From: Oleiagrimonas citrea
GTDB taxonomy: Bacteria > Pseudomonadota > Gammaproteobacteria > Xanthomonadales > Rhodanobacteraceae
NCBI RefSeq assembly: GCF_012395255.1
Contig: NZ_JAAZQD010000002.1
Location: 453,929 to 517,928 of the forward strand
Direction of reading: 5' to 3'
DNA length: 64,000 nt
The notes under the pieces were generated by a model. That model was not told the origin of the DNA and made no database searches. It saw nothing but the letters and a program-made list of their open reading frames with translations. Shown here piece by piece: positions 55,468 to 64,000 of this stretch. Both the position numbers and the translations under genes were made by a program. How positions within the stretch are numbered: the stretch's first letter is position 1; every line of letters starts with the position of its first letter.

Positions 55468-56988
55468 TCAGAAGAAACCGAGTTTCTTCGGCGAATAGCT
55501 GACCAGCATGTTCTTGGTCTGCTGGTAGTGCTCCAGCATCATGCTGTGGTTCTCGCGACCGATGCCGGACTGCTTGTAGCCGCCGAACGCGGCGTGCGCC
55601 GGATAGGCGTGATAGCAGTTGGTCCACACGCGACCGGCCTGGATGCCGCGACCGAAGCGGTAGCAGCGATTGATATCGCGACTCCACACACCGGCGCCCA
55701 ACCCGTACAGCGTGTCGTTGGCGATCGCCATGGCTTCGTCCTCGTCCTTGAACGTGGTCACCGAGACCACCGGCCCGAAGATCTCTTCCTGGAAGATGCG
55801 CATCTTGTTGTGACCGCGGAACACGGTCGGCTGGACGTAGTAGCCGTCCTTGAGTTCGCCGCCCAACTCGGCGCGCCCGCCGCCCGCCAGCACCTCGGCG
55901 CCTTCCTGCCGGCCGATGTCGAGGTAGGACAGGATCTTCTCCATCTGCTCGTTGGAAGCCTGCGCACCGATCATGGTCTCGGGATCGAGCGGGTTGCCCT
56001 GCTTGATCGCGTTCACGCGCTCGATCGCGCGTTCCATGAATTTCTCGTAGATCGATTCGTGCACCAGCGCACGCGACGGGCAGGTGCAGACCTCGCCCTG
56101 GTTGAGCGCGAACAGCACGAAGCCCTCGATGGCCTTGTCGAAGAAATCATCGTCTTCGCGGGCGACATCGTCGAAGAAGATGTTCGGCGACTTGCCGCCC
56201 AGTTCCAGCGTCACCGGAATCAGGTTCTGGCTGGCGTACTGGCTGATCAGGCGGCCGGTGGTGGTCTCGCCGGTGAAGGCGATCTTGGCGATGCGGTCGC
56301 TGGACGCCAGCGGTTTGCCCGCCTCCAGACCGAAGCCGTTGACGATGTTGAGCACGCCCGGCGGCAGCAGATCGGCGATCAGCTCGGCCCAGACCAGAAT
56401 GCCGGCCGGAGTCTGCTCGGCGGGCTTGAGCACCACGCAGTTGCCGGCGGCCAGCGCTGGCGCCAGCTTCCAGGTCGCCATCAGCAGCGGGAAATTCCAC
56501 GGGATGATCTGACCGACCACGCCCAGCGGTTCATGGAAGTGGTAGGCCACCGTGTCGTGGTCGATCTCGCTGATGCCGCCTTCCTGGGCGCGGATCGCGC
56601 CGGCGAAGTAGCGGAAGTGATCCACCGCGAGCGGCAGATCGGCGTTCATCGTCTCGCGGATCGGCTTGCCGTTGTCCCAGGTCTCGGCATGCGCCAGCAG
56701 TTCGAGGTTTTCCTCCATGCGGTCGGCAATGCGGTTTAGGATCAGTGCGCGCTCGGCCACGGACATCCGCCCCCAGGCATCTTTGGCCTTGTGTGCGGCA
56801 TCCAGCGCGGCTTCCACATCGTCCTTGTCCGAGCGTGCGATCTCGCAGAACGGCTTGCCGGTGATCGGCGTGATGTTCTCGAAGTAGCGGCCCGCCTTCG
56901 GCGCGACCCACTGGCCGCCGATGAAGTTGTCGTAGCGCTGCTTGAAGGGCACCTGTACCGGCAGGTGGTGTTGTTCCAGCTTGGTCAT
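55468..56988 (-). CDS. NAD(P)+-dependent aldehyde dehydrogenase (acetaldehyde dehydrogenase ExaC/AcoD-like)
   Basis: 506 aa from MTKLEQ. ALDH motifs (catalytic Cys in ..GEVCTCPSR.., ELGGKSP, GTG). A sigma-54 -24/-12 element lies ~40 bp upstream. Confidence 0.9.
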   Translation of the reverse strand: MTKLEQHHLPVQVPFKQRYDNFIGGQWVAPKAGRYFENITPITGKPFCEIARSDKDDVEAALDAAHKAKDAWGRMSVAERALILNRIADRMEENLELLAHAETWDNGKPIRETMNADLPLAVDHFRYFAGAIRAQEGGISEIDHDTVAYHFHEPLGVVGQIIPWNFPLLMATWKLAPALAAGNCVVLKPAEQTPAGILVWAELIADLLPPGVLNIVNGFGLEAGKPLASSDRIAKIAFTGETTTGRLISQYASQNLIPVTLELGGKSPNIFFDDVAREDDDFFDKAIEGFVLFALNQGEVCTCPSRALVHESIYEKFMERAIERVNAIKQGNPLDPETMIGAQASNEQMEKILSYLDIGRQEGAEVLAGGGRAELGGELKDGYYVQPTVFRGHNKMRIFQEEIFGPVVSVTTFKDEDEAMAIANDTLYGLGAGVWSRDINRCYRFGRGIQAGRVWTNCYHAYPAHAAFGGYKQSGIGRENHSMMLEHYQQTKNMLVSYSPKKLGFF

Positions 56989-57026
56989 GTCCTCGGCTCC
57001 CGTTGTGTGCAAGGTGTACAGGACAA

Positions 57027-57042
57027 CGCACAGGTCGTGCCA
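57027..57042 (-). promoter_or_regulatory. sigma-54 (-24/-12) promoter candidate for the aldH-DUF779 operon
   Basis: Minus strand reads TGGCAC-gacct-GTGCG (consensus TGGCAC-N5-TTGCW). It sits 39-54 bp upstream of the aldH ATG. A sigma-54 activator is encoded divergently. Confidence 0.5.
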
Positions 57043-57206
57043 ACCACGCGCAGGAACGATTCGCACTTCGGAAGCGTGGCGAGCAATGCCTTCTATTACA
57101 TGAAGTTATGAGCGCATACCGTTTCAAGCCGAGACAATCCGTCGCGCACTGCACTTGCGCCGGGCACGGATTGTGTGCTCTGTAGGGAGACAGTCGCCTG
57201 AGACAC

Positions 57207-57223
57207 TGTCGCAGAATGCGACA
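57207..57223. promoter_or_regulatory. palindromic candidate UAS / activator binding site
   Basis: Perfect dyad TGTCGCA-gaa-TGCGACA overlapping a second dyad gacagt..actgtc. Lies between the sigma-54 promoter and the acoR-like start. Confidence 0.4.
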
Positions 57224-57237
57224 GTCGGGAGTTCGCC

Positions 57238-59136
57238 ATGCGCCGTACCCTCTCCACCGACAGCATCCGTTCCGCGCGCCGCCGCTTCTTCGAAGCCGGT
57301 CTGCCGCCGCGGGGACTGGTCTCCGACACCATCGCGCAATCCTGGAACCGCTGCCGCGCACTGGGTTTGGCCAGCGACGCACGGCTGGACGCCGGCCCGC
57401 TGGAACAGGCCGCCGTGCGCGCGCTGCGCGAGCGCTACGAAGAACTGTGCCGCCTGTGTCGACCGGAGATGGAAGCGCTGTACACCGACGCCCAGGCCAC
57501 CGGCAGCGTGGTCATGCTGACGGCCCCGGACGGACTCATTCTCGACGCCATGGGCAGCGCGGACTTTCTCGACAAGGCCGCGCGGGTGTCCCTGCGACCG
57601 GGCGTGACCTGGAGCGAGGACCACACCGGCACCAACGCCATCGGCACCGCACTGCACGACAAGCGCGCGGTCGAGGTGCGCGGCGCGGAGCACTACTTCG
57701 GCGCGCACCGCGTGCTCAGCTGCTCGGCCTCGCCGATCCTCGACGGACGCGGTCGCATCGTCGGCCTGCTTGACCTGTCCGGCGAGGCCAGCGTGCATCA
57801 CGTGCACGCGCTGGGCATGGTGCGCTTCGCCGTCGACCAGATCGAGCGCCGCCTGCTGGAACGCGAGCTGGCCGGACGCGAGGTCATCCGCCTGCATGCC
57901 GACGCCGCCCTGCTCGGCACGCACCGCGAGGGCGTGCTGGTGTTCGAGGACCACCACCTGGTCGCCGCCAACCGCTACGCGCTGGACATGCTGGGCGTGG
58001 ACTGGGACGAGGTCGGCCGCTGCCGCTACAGCAGCCTGTTCGAATCGGCGCAGCCGCGAGGCCGGGGCGTGCAGGAACTGCGCGGTCCGGGCGGGATCGC
58101 GTTCCAGGCGCAGCGCGACGTGATCCCGGCGCGGCTGCCACGCACCGCGCGGCGCAGCGCCGCCCCGTCGACGCCGACCAAGCGGATCGCGCCGCTCTTC
58201 GACGACGCCATGCGCGACGCCCTGCAGCGCCACGCGCGCCTGCTCGATGCCGACATTCCCGTGCTGCTGCAGGGCGAGACCGGCAGCGGCAAGGAAGTCG
58301 CCGCGCGCGAACTTCATCGCCGCAGCCGGCGCGCCGACGCGCCCTTCGTGGCGATCAACTGCGCTGCGTTGCCGGAAAACCTGATCGAATCGGAACTGTT
58401 CGGCTATCGGCCCGGCGCCTTCACCGGCGCGCGCCGCGAAGGCGCCACCGGGCTGCTGCGCGACGCCGACGGCGGCGTGCTGTTCCTGGACGAGATCGGC
58501 GACATGCCGGCCGCCCTGCAGACGCGTCTGCTGCGCGTGCTGCAGGAACGCGAAATCACGCCACTCGGCGGCGGTCGCGCCACGCCGGTGGATTTCGCGG
58601 TGATCGCCGCCAGCCATCGCGACGTCGCCGCCGACGTCGAAAGCGGCCGCTTCCGCGCCGACCTGTACTACCGCATCGCACAGACCACGCTGTGCCTGCC
58701 GCCACTACGCGAACAGGCGGATCTGGCCGACCGCATCACGCAGCTGTGGCGCGCGCTCGGCGGCGACGACCAGAACATGCCGCTGGCGCCGCAAACCCTG
58801 CAGCACCTCGCCGCGCTGTCCTGGCCGGGCAACATGCGCCAGCTGATCGGCGCGCTGCGCACGCTGCTGGCGCTGGGCACGCCCGGACAGACCATCACTC
58901 CCGAGGACCTTCCCGCCAACCTGCAGCCGGCTCGGGAAACCGGCCGCGCCATGCCGACACGACTGGCCGACGGCGACGTTCCCGCCATGGAGCAACTGCA
59001 GCGCGAGGCGATGCGCGCCGCACTCGACGCCTGCCACGGCAACGTGTCCGCCGCCGCGCGCCGTCTCGGCATCAGCCGCAGCACGCTCTATCGCAAGCTC
59101 GGCGCCGACGCCACGCGCACGTCAGCCGGTTCCTGA
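57238..59136 (+). CDS. sigma-54-dependent Fis-family transcriptional activator (AcoR-like: GAF sensor, AAA+, HTH)
   Basis: GAF-like N-terminus. AAA+ sigma-54 interaction domain ([14 protein letters not shown], ..ESELFGY..). C-terminal Fis-type HTH (..STLYRKL). Confidence 0.85.
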   Translation: MRRTLSTDSIRSARRRFFEAGLPPRGLVSDTIAQSWNRCRALGLASDARLDAGPLEQAAVRALRERYEELCRLCRPEMEALYTDAQATGSVVMLTAPDGLILDAMGSADFLDKAARVSLRPGVTWSEDHTGTNAIGTALHDKRAVEVRGAEHYFGAHRVLSCSASPILDGRGRIVGLLDLSGEASVHHVHALGMVRFAVDQIERRLLERELAGREVIRLHADAALLGTHREGVLVFEDHHLVAANRYALDMLGVDWDEVGRCRYSSLFESAQPRGRGVQELRGPGGIAFQAQRDVIPARLPRTARRSAAPSTPTKRIAPLFDDAMRDALQRHARLLDADIPVLLQGETGSGKEVAARELHRRSRRADAPFVAINCAALPENLIESELFGYRPGAFTGARREGATGLLRDADGGVLFLDEIGDMPAALQTRLLRVLQEREITPLGGGRATPVDFAVIAASHRDVAADVESGRFRADLYYRIAQTTLCLPPLREQADLADRITQLWRALGGDDQNMPLAPQTLQHLAALSWPGNMRQLIGALRTLLALGTPGQTITPEDLPANLQPARETGRAMPTRLADGDVPAMEQLQREAMRAALDACHGNVSAAARRLGISRSTLYRKLGADATRTSAGS

Positions 59137-59892
59137 GCACAGTTCCAGCGCCCGCTCGCCCTCGAAGACGCCCAGCGGCCCGAAGCGGCGCTCGCTCATC
59201 CACACCCGCCCGTCGTGCCCGACAGCGACCAGGGTACTGGCGCGCGTGCCGTAGTCGCGACCGCGGATGAAGGCCGCCGAGAGCATGCGCTCGCGCTCGA
59301 TGCCGACACCGGTATCCGGCAGCATCGCGTCGGGCCATTCGCCGGAATCGGCCAGCGCCGCCCACAGCGGCGCGAACGCGTCGGTCTCCTGCTCGATCCA
59401 CGCCGTCAATCGCTGCATCAACGCCTGCGTCTTCGGCCACGGCGTATCGAAATCGGCGTTGGACAAACCGTGCACGCCCGGTTCCACCCGACGCTGCTTG
59501 GCCTGCGGATGGTTGCCCAGGTAGCAGGCCTCCTCGGCGTCGAAGCACAGCAGGTTGAACGGACGGTAGGTCACATCACGGGCATGCAGGGCTTCGCCCC
59601 ATGCGCGGCAAGGCTGCGTACTGCGCAGGTAGTCGCTGACCAGCAGTCCGCGCGACGCGCCGTCGCCACCGTGACCCGGATCACGCACATTGGTCACCGT
59701 GGCCACGCGGCCGTCCGCGCAGGCGCCCAGCCAAGTGCCGCCGGCGCGCAGATCGCGGCCCGCCGCCATGCCCGGCCTGCCATCCCAGGTCGCCAGCGGC
59801 GCGGTCGGGCGGGCATGGAATTCATCGCGATTGGCCAGCAGCAGCAACCGCCAGCGGGGGTGCGCCTGCCAGGCGAAAGCGATCAGACACAT
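59122..59892 (-). CDS. NRDE family protein (DUF833, TANGO2-like)
   Basis: 257 aa from MCLIAFAW with an NRDE motif (LLLANRDEF). The longer ORF-track N-terminus is low-complexity. 3' end overlaps the acoR-like gene convergently by 15 bp. Confidence 0.7.
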   Translation of the reverse strand: MCLIAFAWQAHPRWRLLLLANRDEFHARPTAPLATWDGRPGMAAGRDLRAGGTWLGACADGRVATVTNVRDPGHGGDGASRGLLVSDYLRSTQPCRAWGEALHARDVTYRPFNLLCFDAEEACYLGNHPQAKQRRVEPGVHGLSNADFDTPWPKTQALMQRLTAWIEQETDAFAPLWAALADSGEWPDAMLPDTGVGIERERMLSAAFIRGRDYGTRASTLVAVGHDGRVWMSERRFGPLGVFEGERALELCSGTG

Positions 59893-59997
59893 GCGCGAAG
59901 ACTCCGTGAACCGAACTGTATTGTCGATGACCGCGCCGCCTTCCCGCCAGTCGCGACGCATCGCTTCCGGCCCGGTCGGCAGGCATAATCGAACGGC

Positions 59998-61155
59998 ATG
60001 TCGTTCACCCGTCGCTTCCTCCGCCCCGGCGTCCTGCCGATCCTGATGCTGCTGGTTCTGCTGGCTGGCGCGCTGCCGCGCGTGGCGCACGCCGACGCGA
60101 ACAGCCGGGAACAGGCGCAGGCCAAGGCCAAACTGGAAGCGGTGAAGAAGCAGATCGCGCAGCTGACCCGTGCGCAGCGCGACACCGCGACCCGCCGCGA
60201 CAAGATCAGCGCCGAACTGGGCCAACAGGCCGACCGGCTCAATGCCGCCGCGCGCGCCGTGCGCGAGAGCGATGCCGCGATCGCCGCCAAGCGCAAGCAG
60301 CTGGATGCGCTCGACGCCCAGCGCAAGCCGCTGGACGCCAAGCTGCGTGCCCAGCGCGCCGCCCTGGGCGATCTGCTGCGCGCCGCCTACGCGCTCGGCC
60401 ACGGTTCGGATCTGCGCCTGTTGCTGGGCGACGACGACATCGCCCGCATCGGTCGCGCGCTGGCGTATTCGCGCTACTTCCAGCGCGACCGCATCCAGCG
60501 CATCCACAGCCTGATGCAGGATCTCGCCAAGCTGCAGGACCTGCAGCAACGCATCGCCCAGGAGCAGCAGGCCCTGGAGCAGGAGCGCACACAGCGTCAG
60601 GCACACGTGCAGGCCCTGAGCGAAGCCCGCGACCGGCAGCGCGCGTTGCTCGCCAAGGCACAGGACCAGCTCAAGCAACAGGGCAAGCAACTGGATCAGC
60701 TCCAGCGCAACCAGAAGCAGCTCAACGACCTCATCGCGCGCCTGCGCAACGTGTTCGCCGACATCCCGCGCAAGCTGCCGGACGACACGCCATTCGCCAA
60801 GCGCCGCGGGCACCTGCCCTGGCCGGTGCGCGGCAAGCTCACGCGCAGCGGCGACGGCGTCACCATCGACGCCCGCCGCGGCAGCACCGTGCGCGCCGTC
60901 GCCCACGGGCGCGTCGCCTTCGCCAACTGGCTGCGCGGCTACGGCATGCTCATCATCGTCGATCACGGCAACGGCTGGATGAGCCTGTACGGCGACAACG
61001 AGTCGCTGTTGCGCGACGTTGGCGACTGGGTCGACGCCGGCGAGAAGCTCGGCACCGTGGGCGTCGAAACCGGCGGCCACGAAGGCGTATATTTCGGACT
61101 GCGGCACAAAGGCAAGGCCGTCAACCCACTTCCCTGGCTGACGCGACACCGATGA
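59998..61155 (+). CDS. murein hydrolase activator EnvC-like (coiled coil + LytM/M23 domain)
   Basis: Signal peptide. Long Q/A/R-rich coiled coil. C-terminal M23 domain. Confidence 0.8.
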   Translation: MSFTRRFLRPGVLPILMLLVLLAGALPRVAHADANSREQAQAKAKLEAVKKQIAQLTRAQRDTATRRDKISAELGQQADRLNAAARAVRESDAAIAAKRKQLDALDAQRKPLDAKLRAQRAALGDLLRAAYALGHGSDLRLLLGDDDIARIGRALAYSRYFQRDRIQRIHSLMQDLAKLQDLQQRIAQEQQALEQERTQRQAHVQALSEARDRQRALLAKAQDQLKQQGKQLDQLQRNQKQLNDLIARLRNVFADIPRKLPDDTPFAKRRGHLPWPVRGKLTRSGDGVTIDARRGSTVRAVAHGRVAFANWLRGYGMLIIVDHGNGWMSLYGDNESLLRDVGDWVDAGEKLGTVGVETGGHEGVYFGLRHKGKAVNPLPWLTRHR

Positions 61156-61181
61156 TGGCAACGCACTGACCGGAGACCTTC

Positions 61182-62525
61182 ATGCGCCCGACTGCGATGC
61201 GACTGCTCACACTGTTCACGGCGCTCTGTCTACCCGGCGTCGTGCACGCCTCCGACCCGCCATCCACGACCGCTCCCGCCTCCGCCGCCAGCACGATGGC
61301 ACAGGACGACACCGTCGATCTGCGCGACATCCGCAACTTCACCCGCGCCTACGCCATCATCCGCCAGGCCTACGTGGAGAAAATCAGCAACCGCGAGCTG
61401 ATGGACAAGGCCATCGCCGGAATGCTGTCCGGCCTTGATCCGCACAGCGCCTATCTGGGCCGCAAGGGACTGGACAACCTCGCCGAGGACACCAGCGGCC
61501 GCTACAGCGGGCTGGGCGTGGAAGTGGCGCAGGTCAACGGCGAGCTGATGGTGGTCGCGCCGCTCGACGGCTCGCCCGCCGCGCGCGCCGGCATCCGCCC
61601 CGGCGACGTCATCCTCAAGGTCGATCAGGCCCCGGTCGATCCCGCCGACATCAACGCCTCCATCGCCAAGCTGCGCGGCGCACCCGGCACGCCCATCACG
61701 CTCACCGTGCTGCACGACAAATCCGGCCTGCCGGTCGACGTGGCGATGACGCGCGAACGCATCGCCCTGACCAGCGTGACCCTGCGCGAGCTGGAGCCGG
61801 GCTACGCCTACCTGCGCGTCAGCCAGTTCCAGGAAGACACCAGCGACGACCTGCAGCGAAAGTTCGCCGCGCTGGTCAAGGCGAACGGTCCCCAGCGAGG
61901 CGCGGTGCTGGATCTGCGCAGCAATCCGGGCGGCCTGCTTACGGCGGCAGTCGGTGTCAGCGACGCCTTTCTCGACCGCGGCCGCATCGTCCGCACCCGC
62001 GGCCGCCTGCCCGATGCCAACATGGCATTCGATGCGCACGCGGGAGATCTGCTGCACGGCGCGCCGCTGATCGTGCTGGTCGACCACGGCACCGCCTCGG
62101 CCGCCGAGATCGTCGCCGGCGCGCTGCAGGACAATCATCGCGCACTGATCATGGGTCGACGCACCTTCGGCAAGGGCGTGGTGCAGACCGTCATCCCGAT
62201 CGACGAAAACCATGCCATCAAACTGACCACCGCGCGCTACTACACGCCGGACGGCCGCTCGATCCAGGCCGAAGGCATTGCCCCGGACATCCGCATCGCC
62301 GACCTCGTCGCGCGGCAGGGCGACCACGGCCCGTCACTGATCGGCTCGGAAGCCGATCTGCCCAACCACCTCGCCAACGAGCAGCCGGACGTCTCCCGCC
62401 CGACGCCGATCAAGCCCGACGAGGACGGGGCGCTGGCGCGCAGCGACTACGCGCTGGCGCAAGCATTGAACGTGCTGAAGGGACTGGCGCTGAGCCGGCG
62501 ACAGACGTCCACCACCACGCACTAG
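61182..62525 (+). CDS. ctpA: carboxy-terminal processing protease (S41)
   Basis: Signal peptide. PDZ domain (..GIRPGDVILKVD..). S41 catalytic domain (..DLRSNPGG.., ..GRRTFGKG.. with catalytic Ser/Lys). Confidence 0.85.
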   Translation: MRPTAMRLLTLFTALCLPGVVHASDPPSTTAPASAASTMAQDDTVDLRDIRNFTRAYAIIRQAYVEKISNRELMDKAIAGMLSGLDPHSAYLGRKGLDNLAEDTSGRYSGLGVEVAQVNGELMVVAPLDGSPAARAGIRPGDVILKVDQAPVDPADINASIAKLRGAPGTPITLTVLHDKSGLPVDVAMTRERIALTSVTLRELEPGYAYLRVSQFQEDTSDDLQRKFAALVKANGPQRGAVLDLRSNPGGLLTAAVGVSDAFLDRGRIVRTRGRLPDANMAFDAHAGDLLHGAPLIVLVDHGTASAAEIVAGALQDNHRALIMGRRTFGKGVVQTVIPIDENHAIKLTTARYYTPDGRSIQAEGIAPDIRIADLVARQGDHGPSLIGSEADLPNHLANEQPDVSRPTPIKPDEDGALARSDYALAQALNVLKGLALSRRQTSTTTH

Positions 62526-62544
62526 CGCGGCAAGAGCGTCACTC

Positions 62545-63300
62545 TTACGCGTCGGACGCGTCGTCGCCCGGACGCACCAGCAGCTTCGCGGCCAGAATCC
62601 CGGCCTCGAACAGCAGGTACATCGGCACCGCCAGCAGCACCTGGGACATGACGTCCGGCGGCGTCAGCACCGCTGCGGCGGCGAAGCACACCACCACCAC
62701 GTAGGGCCGCGACTTGCGCAGCTTGTCCACTGAAAGCAGTCCGATCGCGACCAGGATCACCACCGCCACCGGCACCTCGAAGCACAGTCCGAAGGCGAAA
62801 AACAGCGTCAGCACAAAGCTGAGGTAGTGGTTGATGTCGGTCATCATCTCCACGCCCTGCGGCGTCACCGCCGTCAGGAAGCGGAAAGCCGCGGGCATGA
62901 CCAGGAAATACGCAAACGCACACCCGGTGTAGAACAGCAGCACCGCCGACACCAGCAGCGGACGCGCCAGTCGCTTCTCGTGCCGGTACAGACCGGGGCT
63001 GACGAAGGCCCAGAACTGGTAGATCACCACCGGCATCGCCAGCACCAGGGCCAGCACGGCGGTCAGCTTGATGGGGGTGAAGAACGGGCTGGAGACCTCG
63101 GTCGCGATCAGGTGCCCGCCGTGCGGAAGGTGTCGCACCAGCGGCTCGGCCAGCTCGGTGTACAGCCATTCGCGGAACGGGAACAGCGCCACGAACAGCA
63201 CCGCCACGGCGAGCACGCTGCGGATGATGCGCGAGCGCAGCTCGATCAGGTGGGAGATCAGGCTTTCCTCGACCTGCGGCTGCTCGGTCTCAGCGCTCAT
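62545..63300 (-). CDS. tatC: twin-arginine translocase subunit TatC
   Basis: 6-TM, 251 aa from MSAETEQ. Conserved TatC N-terminal (..LISHLIELRSR..) and downstream motifs. tatA-tatB-tatC order. Confidence 0.9.
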   Translation of the reverse strand: MSAETEQPQVEESLISHLIELRSRIIRSVLAVAVLFVALFPFREWLYTELAEPLVRHLPHGGHLIATEVSSPFFTPIKLTAVLALVLAMPVVIYQFWAFVSPGLYRHEKRLARPLLVSAVLLFYTGCAFAYFLVMPAAFRFLTAVTPQGVEMMTDINHYLSFVLTLFFAFGLCFEVPVAVVILVAIGLLSVDKLRKSRPYVVVVCFAAAAVLTPPDVMSQVLLAVPMYLLFEAGILAAKLLVRPGDDASDA

Positions 63301-63706
63301 CGCGGCGCTCCTCGCCGGAGGCGGCGCGTGCCGTATCGTCCGGCTTCGGGGATGCATCCGCAGCGGCGGACTGCTCCGCGGGGCGCTCGGGATCGTCGTC
63401 CTCGCGCAGCGGCTGGCCCTTCATCGCGTCGGCGGCCTCGCGCACGCGATCGGCGCCTTCGCGCACCGTGTCCTTGGCCTGCTCGCTGGTCCGGCGGATG
63501 TGTTCTTGCGCTTCCTTCAGGTTGCGCTTCATCTCCTCGGCCTCGATCTCGCGCTCGACTTCCGCGCGCACGCTCTCCCAGCCGTTGCGCAGGCGGCGCA
63601 GCAGCGTGCCGACCGTGCGCGCGGCACCCGGCAGACGCTCGGGACCGAGCACCACCAGGGCCACCACCGCGATCAGCAGCAGTTCGCCGAAACCGATATC
63701 GAACAT
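63290..63706 (-). CDS. tatB: twin-arginine translocase subunit TatB
   Basis: MFDIGFGELLLIAVVALVVLGPERLP N-terminus is the TatA/B family signature. Longer charged C-tail is typical of TatB. Overlaps the tatC start. Confidence 0.8.
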   Translation of the reverse strand: MFDIGFGELLLIAVVALVVLGPERLPGAARTVGTLLRRLRNGWESVRAEVEREIEAEEMKRNLKEAQEHIRRTSEQAKDTVREGADRVREAADAMKGQPLREDDDPERPAEQSAAADASPKPDDTARAASGEERRDER

Positions 63707-63724
63707 GAGGCGGGACGGAGCCGG

Positions 63725-63973
63725 TCAGTGACCGGACGTATCCTGCGAGGACTTTTCGCTCTCGCTCTCGCGCTTGGCGTCCGCCGCCGGGGCCGGGGCA
63801 TCCGCCTTCAGCTTCTCGGAGGCGTCGTCTTCCTTGTCGTCGTCGCTCATGCCTTTCTTGAAGCCACGAATCGCCTTGCCCAGGTCGGAACCGATATTGC
63901 CGAGTTTCTTGGTGCCGAACAGCAGCACGATGATCAGCACGATCAGCAGCAGTTGGAAGGGACCTACGCTCAC
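63725..63973 (-). CDS. tatA: twin-arginine translocase subunit TatA
   Basis: 82 aa. ..[33 protein letters not shown].. TatA/E signature. Acidic tail. Confidence 0.85.
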   Translation of the reverse strand: MSVGPFQLLLIVLIIVLLFGTKKLGNIGSDLGKAIRGFKKGMSDDDKEDDASEKLKADAPAPAADAKRESESEKSSQDTSGH

Positions 63974-64000
63974 GGGGTTTCCTCAATCAAAACAGCACAG

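Overview
High-GC (~68%) chromosomal segment whose gene content and order look gammaproteobacterial (Xanthomonadaceae-like: prmA-fis-purH, polA, uvrD, hemYXD, srkA, rlmI, dinG-like, gltBD, tatABC). That assignment is inference, not a database result. Blocks of well-supported housekeeping genes are interrupted in two places. First, a 0.6-kb low-GC insertion encodes a lone Mrr-type nuclease between uvrD and hemY. Second, a ~17-kb variable region (about 26.0-43.2 kb) contains three disrupted genes (frameshifted alpha/beta hydrolase, amber-interrupted NTF2-like gene, internally deleted glycosyltransferase), two tandem tRNA-like remnants, a tRNA 3'-end fragment with encoded CCA, and low-GC secreted proteins. 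The same region holds a family of ~300-400-bp structured repeats (three full copies, one of them inverted, plus one partial) with compensatory hairpin substitutions that bracket cargo cassettes. One cassette is a two-gene operon at ~52% GC: a 292-aa soluble protein of no recognisable family, overlapped by ATGA with a 141-aa four-TM protein. This is my best candidate for an undescribed system, possibly defence or abortive-infection-like. A neighbouring cassette encodes a Cys-rich secreted protein with two tandem Hsp70 substrate-binding-domain-like repeats. No CRISPR array, integrase or transposase was found. Many long antisense ORFs in the track are GC-driven shadows. Coordinates derived by hand may be off by 1-3 nt.
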